Positions 1 through 11,833 of a stretch of 64,000 nt of DNA are shown here, one piece after another. Each line of letters begins with the position of its first letter. Positions within the stretch are counted from its first letter, which is position 1. Source of the DNA: Macrostomum lignano (taxonomy: Eukaryota); contig NIVC01001103.1 of assembly GCA_002269645.1 (NCBI GenBank), positions 62,001 through 126,000 of the forward strand. The letters are read 5' to 3'. Both the position numbers and the translations under genes were made by a program. A model generated the notes under the pieces. It was not told the origin of the DNA and did no database searches. It saw only the letters and a list, made by a program, of their open reading frames with translations.

Positions 1-662
1 CGGCAAGCTGATGATGATGATGCCAGTTGATGAACTCCTGGAGCATGCACTGTTCAGCATTCCGCAGGGCACCTTGACGAGCGCTTCGCTTTACGAAGTT
101 TCTCATTTTTTTTCGAAGAACATCGATTTTTCTTAGAAATGAGCCGGGGAGGGTAAGGAGCGTGTACATTAGTCGTATACCGCTAATGCATTTCTCGATC
201 AAATCTCGACCGAATTTGTCTATGGCGTAACCCCATTCAGCGCTATGTGTTCTCTATAGAGCATACCGAATGCACTGGCGATAGATACACCGGCCTCCAG
301 CTCATTTCTAAGAAAATCGAGTGTGGGGTCCTTCTACTTCACTTGAGACGATCGTTTACATTCTATAGCCTAATAAGATACAATGCGCTAGGAAAGGAAG
401 TAAGCAAATGTTCACCCAGTGTCATAATCTATTTAATCAACCCAAATCGTTGGACTGGTTGGACGAGTTATATCGGACCAGCAATTGGAGCAACAACCGT
501 GGCATCTGCATTAACAACAACAGCGGCTTCGGCAGCTACATCTAATGGAACAACAACAGCGGCATATGAAGGTATCTACTATTGAATCCTCTGCATCCTC
601 AGCGCGATTCGTTAGGCTAGATGATGCAGAATTAAAAGCGGAACTGGGCCTCCGCTATTCCA

Positions 663-906
663 GACAACACGCGTCGCAAAGAACCATTGGCCCTTAATGT
701 GTTCAACGAGTGGCGAAATGCGCGCCAGAACGCAGTTTTTCGAGGAGAAACCAAAGGACTTCTTGTCTCCAAACCGATCAAAGAATTGAGTTGAGGCGAT
801 TGGAACAATCTTCTGAGGCGATTCTTCTTCGAGGTGCGCAAACACGATGGGAGCAAGTACAACGCGTCAAGCCATCGAGGGCACTACTGTCTTTGGTTCA
901 ACTGAC
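663..906 (+). pseudogene. Crypton/DUF3504-family tyrosine-recombinase N-terminal remnant
   Basis: Manual translation from 663 gives DNTRRKEPLALNVFNEWRNAR...KELS*GDWNNLLRRFFFEVRKHDGSKYNASS. This matches the NTxxxTxWAxxVFxEW...LxRFxxEVRKxDGxxY pattern of Crypton/KCTD1/ZMYM-type proteins. It has an in-frame stop and no catalytic C-terminus is visible. Confidence 0.55.
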
Positions 907-1964
907 GAACCTCGTCCATCCAAGAAGAGGAAGACATGGGAGTGACTATCTACATCTATACCATCAATAATGTGATGAACTTTCGGACAATTGTTAGCCA
1001 TGCTTAACTTCTTGTTGCACTTTTGCATTCATGTCGTTTCTGTGAAACGAGTTAAATTAAATAGTCTTAGTAGGTTAAGCATACTTTACAGTTAAAGTAT
1101 CGTACATGTACAACTTCGGGCATCGGAATGTCAGGTCCTTCCTGCCAGAGCACCTATCCATTTTAGCGTAATAGTTGTGTTTTAAGGGTTCCAAGCTACA
1201 CTACTGAAAGTAGATACACGATTTCTATATACCATGCATCTATGACGAAATTAATAAATGCACGACCAATTTAATATAACCATCATATTCATATTCCTCT
1301 AAAACGTAACTGTAGATTCGAAATCGGAACAAGTTTACTCAGCATTCAATATCTCTAATAAGCCATATAGCTACTTATCAGTCATAAATCACTTACAGAA
1401 GAGTCTCTGACAGTAGAATCGCGATTCTTTCGCGAGTCGTCTCAGTTTTCAATTGCATGCAGAACACTTACTTGCCGATAGAGTCCATGTCGGCAGGCGG
1501 GCTGGTAGAGTGTTTGCACTGTGCAAACCAGACTGCTTCACTATCGACGCGTCTCCCATCGTCAGGGCTGGATTGAACCGGGAACAGTACTCGGTTGCCA
1601 TGACTACGGAGGTAAAATAAAACATCTCGAAGCATTTTACATTGGACTGAGAACAAACACAGTTCGATCAATACAGCAAACGCACCATAGAGTTAAAAAG
1701 AAAGTAATGCTGCGGTTTGGAAATTCTTGATTTTCTGATTCGTCGAAGAACCAATGCAAGAGGCTGCTACTTTCTAGAGGGTAGAGACGTCACAGAACAT
1801 TAGCTCGTAGTAACCTGGCATTTAATAAATCTGATGGTAAGTACATTTGAGAAGGTGCGCAATATGCTTGCTTTTAACAGCTGTTCTGCACCGTAGATCG
1901 GCTGATTCGAAAGCTCTGCTTTGAATAACCATCACAGGTGGACCATTTTTGTAAGCCGCCGACA

Positions 1965-2255
1965 ATGTTAGAGATGCCGGAGCTGAAGCGCATTCTGCAC
2001 GAGGACGACGCGGAGTCGCTGATCGTCCAGCTCGAGCTGGCCAAGCCCCTCTCTCTGCAGCAGATTCTGCAGCTTGGTATCGAGCAGCTGGGTGATGACG
2101 CCGGCACTGCTGACTGCATCAAGTGCGGCAGGTCCGACTTCACGTCGTTCCTCATCGCTCACTCAACCCTGCTGGAAGTGGCCGCGTGCACACTCGCTCT
2201 CAACTGTGTCACTCTCCTCATCGACGAGTTGGAGGCCGCAGCGGAGTTTGTCGCT

Positions 2256-2290
<35 letters not shown>

Positions 2291-3881
2291 TCTTCATCGG
2301 GCAGTCGGAGAGTCAGTCGTGCCGCTGCACTGTCTCATTGTGAAGCTGTTCACTCTGAGAGGAGGCGGCGGCGGCGGCGGCGGCGGCGGCGATGCGGCAT
2401 TCGAGGACCGGGCGGTGAGATTCGTGCGCCAAGTGTCGGCTGCGCGGCCTCGCTTCTTCCGCGTGTGCGCAGAGAAGGAGGCGTTCGGCCACAATGCTCT
2501 CGAGCTGGCAGTCAGTCTGCAGCTGTTCTCACTGGCTGAGTGCATTCTCGAGTCGGGCAAGTACTGCGGCGAGGTCAGTCTCGTAGCGGGCGTTAAGGTG
2601 CAGCGAGTGGATCTGAGCGAGTACGACTTCGACACCGGGGAGTGATACAACAAGAGCCCCCTGAACATGTTGGCCTTCATGGCAATGAAGGAATTGTCGC
2701 ATCCTCTGAAAAGATTTCTGGAGCATCGCATTATTGCCGAAAGCACACGCAGAATTTCTAGTCGCATTAGACGCCCGATGCTCACCAGAGCAATCGTGCT
2801 CACCATCTACAAGATTATCATTTTGCTGTTTGCTCCAGCCAGCATCTACACCAGAGTGACTGTGACGCGCTTCAAAATCAGCGGGAACTCCAGCTCGTGT
2901 CCCCTGTTTGGAATTCATTTATTGTGGCAATCTATTTGTGAGCACGCGCTTGTTCAAGCTGTGATGAACGTCTCTCTCGTTGCATTCAATTTGGAGTGCT
3001 GCGTGATTCTTGTTTCAAGCGTAGCTCTGGCCAAATCTCTTACCGTTCAAAAGTCGTACACTGAAACACTGCTGGAATTTGTGTTCACCAGGAGCCAGAT
3101 TCCTATAAGAATCGGCATTTTGCTCCTCTCCATCATTATGGCGTACTTTTCAGTGAGAACTAGAACTGAGCCAACTTCGATGATCCCGCTGAACGAAACC
3201 CGACCGCATCAGCTTGTAGCTTTGGACTATGCTACAAGTATCATCTACTCCCTAACGGCACTAACCTTGGTTTACGATTGGATGCTGGTCATCGAGAAAA
3301 TGGTTCTGCTTTGGGATGTCATGGGGATCTTCGCGTTTTTTGTTGCAATCATTTTGGTCGTGATGTCGCTGTTTTGCTGGTTAATATCGCTTGTTGTGCC
3401 ATGCGACCCAGTGTTTCATCCCGAGATGTCAGCGGAGATTTCCTACACTCTTCTTACTTTCTATCTGCTGCTAAATAACGGAGGTTTGTCACGAGATTCG
3501 GTCAGAACACTGGGCGCTGTGTTCCTGTTGACTCACGCGCTCATTGTTCTTTTCTGCTTCAACTTCCTTATCGCGCTGCTGTCCCAGCGTCTGTCCGTGG
3601 CATCGGAAAACCTGCATCACCTCTGCACGGCATACCGAATGCACACGTACCATTTTGTCCAGATGGCTTTCAGGAACTTGCGGAATGCTTTTGGCCTAGA
3701 TAGGCGGTGTACATGTGCATGCATCGAAAAACAAAAAGACAATGAGTTCACGCCTTGGAGATTCTGCCTAATAACGGAAGCTAAATCGGATTTTCAAAGC
3801 GGCGATGCATTATCAGCGCACCGAGAAAACAGCAGCAAGGATGAATTACGTAGAAGTACTACGGGAAACCTCGTACTATAG
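1965..3881 (+). pseudogene. TRPV-like channel paralogue 1, intronless, with one in-frame TGA (2643-2645)
   Basis: ORFs 1938..2645 and 2667..3881 are in the same frame. Ankyrin-like GHNALELAV; VKVQRVDLSEYD..SPLNML resembles the TRPV pre-S1 YDLSxID..SVLE region; multiple TM helices, pore helix LLTFYLLLNNGG, S6 LFCFNFLIALLSQRL. The TGA aligns with CGA at 48879 in paralogue 3. Confidence 0.7.
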
Positions 3882-4669
3882 GTGGGAATTAGGAAAGCGA
3901 TTTTTAAAAACTCAATGGAGCAATATATAAGACAGGCATATGTAGATGTGGTACTTCGTAAATACTCTCTTGCTTTACTTACAGTAGACAAAAAGCACAT
4001 TTTAACATTTAAGGTTTAGGGATCTCTGCATACTGTACATGTTTAGCTACGAAACTCATTATAGCGCTACATTACGTGGATCATTTTGGACCAGAGGTTA
4101 TATATCGGTATTCGTTGCGATTTATCGACAGGTAAATTTACGAGCACCTGTAGAGCACACTTATTCTTTTATGATGCATAACGACCTTTTCTAACTTTTT
4201 CTTTACACATACTGAATAATTCTTATCTATTTATCTTTTATTTAGCGCAATACCAAATTAAGTTCTAGAGTTTCATAATGAGTTATTGTCTAAAGAAAAC
4301 TGCTTAAATATATATTGGTTGAAGTTTTGAGATAAAATTGAAGCATTTTCATCCTATTTCAAGTAGCTACTATGAAATAACTTTTGAAATAAAAAGTGTA
4401 TTATTCTACGGTTACCGGCCAAACCGGCGACAAGACGATCCGGCGACAGATATTTAATTGTCCTAATTTGTTGAGCCTTGGCTGATAGAGGCGGCAGCTG
4501 CAACACAGTAAGCGAAGATGTGAAAGTTTTAATTGCTTGTTCCAAGTTTTTTCGAAGCTGTTTTACGAGTAATGCGTGTGTCGAGGCATTTGTTGACTGT
4601 ACCTAATTTTTATGCATGTGCTTTAGTTTCTCCCAGCGTAAAAGTTACCGATTTGGACACCATCAAGTA

Positions 4670-4814
4670 GTACATGTACATTTAGTTAATCAGCAAAAGT
4701 TGAACAGCTGGTTGTACATGTACATTTAGTTAATCAGCAAAAGTTGAACAGCTGGTTGTACATGTACATTTAGTTAATCAGCAAAAGTTGAACAGCTGGT
4801 TGTACATGTACATT
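4670..4814. repeat. 44-bp tandem repeat x3.3
   Basis: GTACATGTACATTTAGTTAATCAGCAAAAGTTGAACAGCTGGTT repeated perfectly. Confidence 0.95.
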
Positions 4815-5270
4815 GAGGTGGCCCAACTCAATGATTGTCAATCAATCTATGCATGTAACAATAATCAATGGAGCGATCCAGTAAATTGAAATTGTGTAAA
4901 TGTGTCTTTTTATCACATGCGACAATTAATGCACATGCCAAAAATTGGAAGAATCGACCCCCAATATAGAATTTAATACTTGAAATCCACTGTAGCGCGG
5001 TAAAAAGCACAGTAACAACAGCGAAAAGTAGAAGCGCAGCAGAAAAATTAAAAGGAGACTCAAAACATTTTTTCATTACAAACAGCCCGCGATCACAGTC
5101 AATCTCGGACCAATTGCGAGGCTCGTTGACCTTGCTGCACGCGACTCCGCCTACAGTCGGAAGCACAGCTTCTGCACGCGTTGGTACGTACACGTACCGC
5201 GCTGCCTCCGACGCTGTACGACCTGCCGGACCAGATTGTCTCTGCTGATGAATGAGTGTATAATTGCATG

Positions 5271-8200
5271 GGCCGGTGTTGAAGGCGCCTGGCTGGGCTG
5301 GAGCGAAGTCTGGGATTGGCAGAAGAGGCGCAGTTGGAGCGGGTGCGTTGAGAACCTCGCGGTAATGGGTGGCCAGCAGGGCCTTGCGGTGCTCGGTGGA
5401 ATCAGCGCCGACGATGGTGTTGGGCCTGGGCTTCGTGCCAATCAGCTGGTTGATGGCCCTCCAGGCAGCACTATGGCGGCAGTTGTCAGTAGCGAGTTGG
5501 ATTTCGCTCACAGCCTCTTCGATGAAGGTTTCAGTCCGCTGGGCGTAGATGCGCTGCAGCTCGTCCCTGGCAGCACTGGCCTGGTCGCTGTCATGACCGT
5601 GGAGTGCAGCAGTGCTCTGCACATGCCGCCTTGCCTGGGAGATGATGAGATCGCGGTCCCACAGGGCCTTTGGATGATTTGCCTGTCATCGCCAGCAGCG
5701 ATGCAGCAGCCTCGACGGCGTGATGGAAAGATTCGAAGGACTCGGCTGGAGCAGGAGTGGCGGCAAGCAGCTTGCGTAGGAAGACCTGCCGCATGTCCGG
5801 GTTTCTCAGGTCGGCCCAGAGCGGGTGAGGTGGCGCAGGCCCGAGCTTTTGTCAGTGCAGATCAAAGTCGCATGCCACCAGGCGGAGATCAGATTGGACG
5901 CAGTCCGGGCGGATGTTGAGGACTCTGCGCACCCTGGACCTCAGAGCAGTTGGGCAGAGAATCCAGTCCAACCGAGTCGTTCGCCCGTTGGGGCCAGAGA
6001 AAGTTGAAAGCTTGCTGAAGCGCTGTCGCATGATGCCATTGACAGCCATCAGATCTCTGGCCTGGATAAAACTGGATAGAAAAGGTGAGTTGGCATTGGG
6101 GATGCCGCTGGCAATGGCGAGTTGAAGTCACCAGCAACAATGACAGAGTCACGAGCAGGGATGGAATCAAGCCTGCAGCCCAGAGTGTCGTGAAATGCTT
6201 CTGTCTCAGATGGATCTTCGCTGGTCGGGGGGGGGGGGCGTTGGAGCATAGACGCAGATGATGTGAAGTCGCCTGTCTTTTCCGGCAAAGGAGGCGTGTT
6301 CCAGGCGCTCGGATGGAAACCTGATGTCCAGCAGCGCTCTTGATGCGGCGGGCGACAGCAGGAAGCCGATACCTCCAGTTCCCTGTGGAGTGGCTGGGCC
6401 AGCCTTGAATTGCCAGCTTAAGTCCAGAGCCATAGTCTCGTCAGGGTTCTGCCGCCGATGTTCTTGAACTGCCAGGATGGAGATGTTGAGGTCGGCCGCC
6501 AGCCTTGTCAGCTCCTGCAGTCTCCATGTCTGACTGAGGGTGCGGGCATTGAAGGTGGCGACCCGAATCTGGTTTTGAAGATGCGGCTGACTTGTCTCCT
6601 TCTTGGCTCTGCTTGTGCGCGCGCGCATTGCGGGGGCCGAGTTGGGTGGAAGCGATGGCCCTTGAGGCTCCGGTTGGCAGGCCGTGAGTCCTGGTGGGTC
6701 CGACGAGCATTGGCGCGGAGCTCTTTGCGCCGCGCATTAAAGGGCTGCCGGCGGCGCTGAGAGGCTTCCTGACTCCGTCGTCCCCTGTAAGTCGCCAGCT
6801 TGGTTGCGCCGCGCTATCAGGACTGATGGCGGCTCCGTTGGCACCTGGCCGATGCTCTGGCCGGAGGTGGGCGACGTATTTAATTCCCACGCGATGCGTG
6901 AAAATTAAATAGCCAAGGTTGACCGAGCACTGAGGACCATGCGAGCTGATGCCGCCGCTGGGGTGGACGCTATCCCTCCCAGGGTCCTGAAGCTGCCCGA
7001 GCTCACCCCGATCATCACCTGCCTGCTGAACAAGCACTGCAGCCTTGGAGGCAACGAGACCGCCTCAGCTCCTCAGCAATGGCGCATCTCCAAGATTGTC
7101 TCCATCCCGAAGCAAGGTGCCTCCACCCGCCTGCATGGACAACCAGCGGGGCATCGCGCTAGAATGCACAACGCCGAAGCTGCTGAACGCGATTCTGCGC
7201 AACCGCCTCCTGCCCGGCCTCAAACCGCTGCTGCTGAGCCTCCAAAGCGGCTTCCGCCCGGGCAGGTCCACCACCGAGCAGGTTGTCACCATTCGCTCTG
7301 TCATCGAGGCCTGCAAGACCCGCCAGCGCTCCGTGTCAATCATCTTTGTCGACTTTCGCAAGGCCTTTGACTCGGTGTCCAGGCCTGCGATCTCTTGGCT
7401 ATTAAGTGAGCCATGGTGAACCTGCTGCGCTGGTGAGCGCAGTGATGGACCTCTACCGCGACTCCAGGGCTGCGACGGCCCCACAAAAGAGTTCGGCACC
7501 AGCTCAGGCGTCCTTCAGGGCGACACGCTGGCTCCTCTGCTCTTCCTCGTGGTTGTGGACTACGTGCTTCATCGGTCCCTCTGCGAGGATGACAGCTACT
7601 TGGTGGTCTCACGCCGAAGCTCCAGACACCCTGCTGTTTCGCTCCCCGCTCTCGCGTATGCTGACGACATCGCGATGCTCTGCCGCGATCCAGCTGCTGC
7701 CCAGCGCGCTCTCACAAGGCTCTGCGACGAGGGCGCCCTTGTTGGGCTGCTGGTGAACGCTCGCAAGACGGAGGCGCTGCACGTGGGCACGAATACCGCC
7801 CAACTCTAACGCTGCCCAATGGAGACCGCATCGCAGTGTGCGACGACTTCCGGTTCCTCGGCGCCCTGGTGATGAGCCCCGATGCGATTGTCTCCGACAG
7901 GAGGAACCAGGTTTGGCGCGCCGCGCACCTCCTCAGGAACGTTTTTAATTCAGCTGCCAGAGACGAACTGAAGGTGCGCCTGTTCCGCGCGGCCATCGAG
8001 CCGATCCTGATTTACGGCATGGAGGCTGTGCCGCTGACCGAAACGCAAGAGCGAGCCTTGGACGCGCTTTACCGATCGCTGCTGCGCTACGCACTGGGCG
8101 TGCACAACCCGGATCGCCTGTCGACCAACGCTCTGATGGGCCGCGCTCGAACTCCGCCCCTGAGTGCTACCTTGCGCCGGCGCCGTCAGATGCTGCTGGG

Positions 8201-8435
8201 CCACTGCCTACTACGGACCCTGGGTCGCGGTGCGCCCGTCCCTCTGGCCCTGGCCATGCTGCACCGGCCGACCGAGCAATTGCGCCGCGGCCAGGCCCGC
8301 ACTGCCACTCTGGCGGACTGCCTCATCACTGACTTGCAGGCGCTTGAGCTCACCCCTCAGGCTGCTGCTGTCTGCCCCTCCCGCCTGTTCTGCGAGCTCG
8401 TGCGCGCAAGGGGCCTCCCCTCTGCATCCTTATAA
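5271..8435. mobile_element. RTE-like non-LTR retrotransposon with inverted 5' half (APE endonuclease on -, reverse transcriptase on +)
   Basis: Minus strand ~6905->5271 carries APE motifs TFNARTL, QEHR, GGIGFLL, CVYAPT, GDFN, RLDWIL, SDL. Plus strand ~6915->8435 carries RT motifs AGVDAIPP, QSGFRPGRSTTEQ, DFRKAFDSV, QGDTLAPL (frameshifted), YADDIAML, FRFLG. Several frameshifts. Direct repeat AATTGCATG at 5262-5270 and 8435-8443. Confidence 0.9.
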
Positions 8436-11400
8436 ATTGCATGCAAAATGGGATACAAAATAGCTGACCGATAATATCGAATACGCAGTGCGTGTAGCTT
8501 CACCGATATATGTACACTTTGTCGCCGGATTGACTTCGCCGGATTGACTGTCGCCGCTTTGACCGGTTCTCATTTCTACTCTACAAATTTTAAATACGAT
8601 TTTTCTAAGAACTATTTTCTAAGAACAATTAAGAACGGCCTCATGCTTGATCATGATGCACCAATGCCCATGCGCCTGCGCGCTGCTTTATCATCACATC
8701 AGTGACAGAGTCTTCAATAATCTAAAAATTCTATCTAGCTAAATCTTGAAATTTATAGGTATCTGAGTGCTAATGATACCTATATTTAGTTTAAACCGCA
8801 GATATTTAGCGATAGCGATATTTAATATATTTATATAGCATAGGCCCCCTAGCAATAACAATATTAGCGATATTTAGTTTAACCCTAGATATAGGCTGGT
8901 TTTTAATTATAAGCTCAATACTTCGTTATTTAATTCCAGTGGCAGTCGCAGATCCAGGATTCCGAGTTGGGGGAAGGGCCTTCTAGCCTTAGTATCTTAA
9001 GTAAGTTGAAAGTTGCCCCTCAAAAAATTCTAGATCTCCTTTGATCTTCTAGCTTCAGAATCTAGAATTCTAGATCTGTTGCATGTAGCTATTCACTTCT
9101 ATGTTGAACATTTCTCTAGAGGCTACTCACCTACATATCTAATTTGGCATGATAGATGAGCATATTGGTGACATTGATCAAGATTAAAAAGCCAAGTATT
9201 TTTATATATAGGCCTAAAATACAAGTTTAAGATATCCTATTTTTTTAAAAACCTAATTGGGATGCTTTCACATAGTTTATTAATTAAATTTGGCTAATCA
9301 AAGACTAAGATTCATATAATAATAAGGCCTATATATTTTTAAAAATGACTTAATATGTATTATTATAAAAGTAGGCTAACTTTCATTACATTTTAACATT
9401 ACTCTTAGTTACCAAAAGTTCTTGATAATGATAATATATGTAGTAGGGCTATTTTTCTATCCTTTTAAATGCCACCAAAGTTGTGCTGGGGTTTGCTTCC
9501 CTCTTAGCTATTCTACTAATGCTACAAAAGTTGTGCTAGGGGCCTAGCAGTGTTCTTATATGATACAAAATCCTACAAGTTAGCTACCAAAGTTGTCGTA
9601 AGGGTTACTTCTGTCCCTAATATAATCTTTACAAACTGCTACCAAGTTATAATAGGGGTTACTTCTATCCTCCTATTATTTCTAATTTTATATATCCCCA
9701 GTTCTCTCCTCTTGGAGGGTTTCTTTCAGCAGTCTAGCATTATTGGGATCAGAGGGTCACAGCTTTCTTGCTGGGTATTTGGCCCTGAGGCAGGTTTTTT
9801 AGACTGAGTCTTGATTCCTCTACTCTGTGGTAGTATTTTTACCTTTTAAAGGTGAACTTTCAGATTCTGAATCTAGATATCTCATTCTTCTGAAAATGGT
9901 TTGAACTCTCCCAATCTTGGGGTTATTCCTAAGTCACTATCTACTACTTATAAATGAGTAACACTAGAACAACTCTTGAGCTTGACTGATTTCATTTCTA
10001 TAGTTGAAGGAGTTCAAGCTTAGAGCGAGAAGACGGAACAGGATGAACTAAAACTTTTATTTTTCTTGGCCTCTAGTGGGCTCCCTTTTATAGTAAAGTT
10101 TTTCAATACAGTTTATAACAAATGATAATATTTAAAACATACAGAATCTATCACTTATAGAAAATATTTATAATATTTGTACAGTATAACAATAGTAGTA
10201 TTTTTTAGTTACACATTTGACATTTCCTAGAAACTAATAGCATAAAAATGAGGCTTATTATATATAATATATTTAAGAAGCCAAAAAAAATAATTTATAG
10301 TTATAGTCTATTTTTGGTTCAGCCTAGCTAGCTAGGCCTAGTCTTTATTCCTTTTCCCATTTGACATTTATCTATGATATTTTTAGTCATTCAAAATTCA
10401 CCTTTTTTGGTTGGACTTAAGGTATAGTACCTTTGAAGTTTGACTATATTTGATTTTTTGTTTAAAGCCATAGGCTTGTAATAGATTATCTTAGGTATTG
10501 GATATATAAAATTAGTTTATTATTATGGTTCTTATCTATTATTTTTTTTCTATAAATAGTTTAAATATGCCTAAGATATAAAATTGAAATGATCTTTAGA
10601 GCCTATCACTTTTATTATAGTTAATGATTGGTATATGTTTATATTTGTTTATATAAAAGGGCCCATGAATATAAATAAATTTGCCTAATATATCCTAACC
10701 TAAATGGAATATATAGGCCTACTAATCCAAAAAGGTACTTTGTACTTTGAAATATAGTAGTTGGAACTAAAAAGTATTGCACTAATGGAACTTTTATTAT
10801 TTTTTTGTTCCTGGATCTCTTCAAAAAACTTCTAGATAATAGGTAAATTCTATTGTGATTTTTTACAAGTCTATAAGCAGATAGTAACTTATACTTCAAC
10901 TCTCATGAGATAGAATAGGTTAAGCTTATGGGTGGCTTTCTAATTATCAATGATATTTGTCATGAAACAAGTGCTAATGACTATTAGTGCTAATGAATTG
11001 ACATATTATTAGTTGCACATTGCCAAAGTGTTTGCAGTCCATCCAAATGGCTAACATTCAAGCAAGTATAGCTGAATTGCAGGAGCATTGGCACTTGAAA
11101 AAGGAGTTGCTAGTGGAAGCAATTAATTAAAACTTGCTCATTTTGACCCATTATCTCTTCAAAAGTCCAGATTCCTTGCAACTTACTGATACTGAAGCTC
11201 ACCTGAAGATCCAGTTTTTTACCGTCAGAGCAGCATCTGCACTCTGCAGCTCTTCGCAGATCTGCTACAGGTAGCCTGAGCACTGGGAAATGCACATGCA
11301 TGTCGACGAATCCCAGTGATTCGCCAAGCTTCAATGCCTACTTGACAACTAGTATGGCCGGGTGGGACGCAGCTGTACGTCGAGCAAGCCACGTCACCAC

Positions 11401-11833
11401 TTCACATCCTGCATCACCAGTCTGATTCATGCTTGTAGCTGGAACATCCAGTGGGACTGTGAACAATCAACTGCTGCAGCGTCTTTACCGGAATGATGAC
11501 GCTGTTTGATATCACCTAGTTGGGAGCTAGGTGGAGCACCACTCTTATCGCCATTCGGAGGATCTCATGTACATCGCACCTCTGGTTGCTGTTATCATCT
11601 GCCTTGACGTTTCTGCCCCTTTGCGCCACTGACCAAATCCAGGAAATTTCCCCACTTTCAATGCGTTAAACCTTAAGTTAGCTCATACATACACAAAGTG
11701 TAGGAGTTGTGGGCGTATATTTTTCAAAAGACAAAAAAGTTTTGTTTTGTTCTTTTGAATTCTAAAAATATTAGAAATAAAAATGGAACTAAATATTGTA
11801 ATCTAGCACAAGTCTCCGATAAAAAAATAATTT

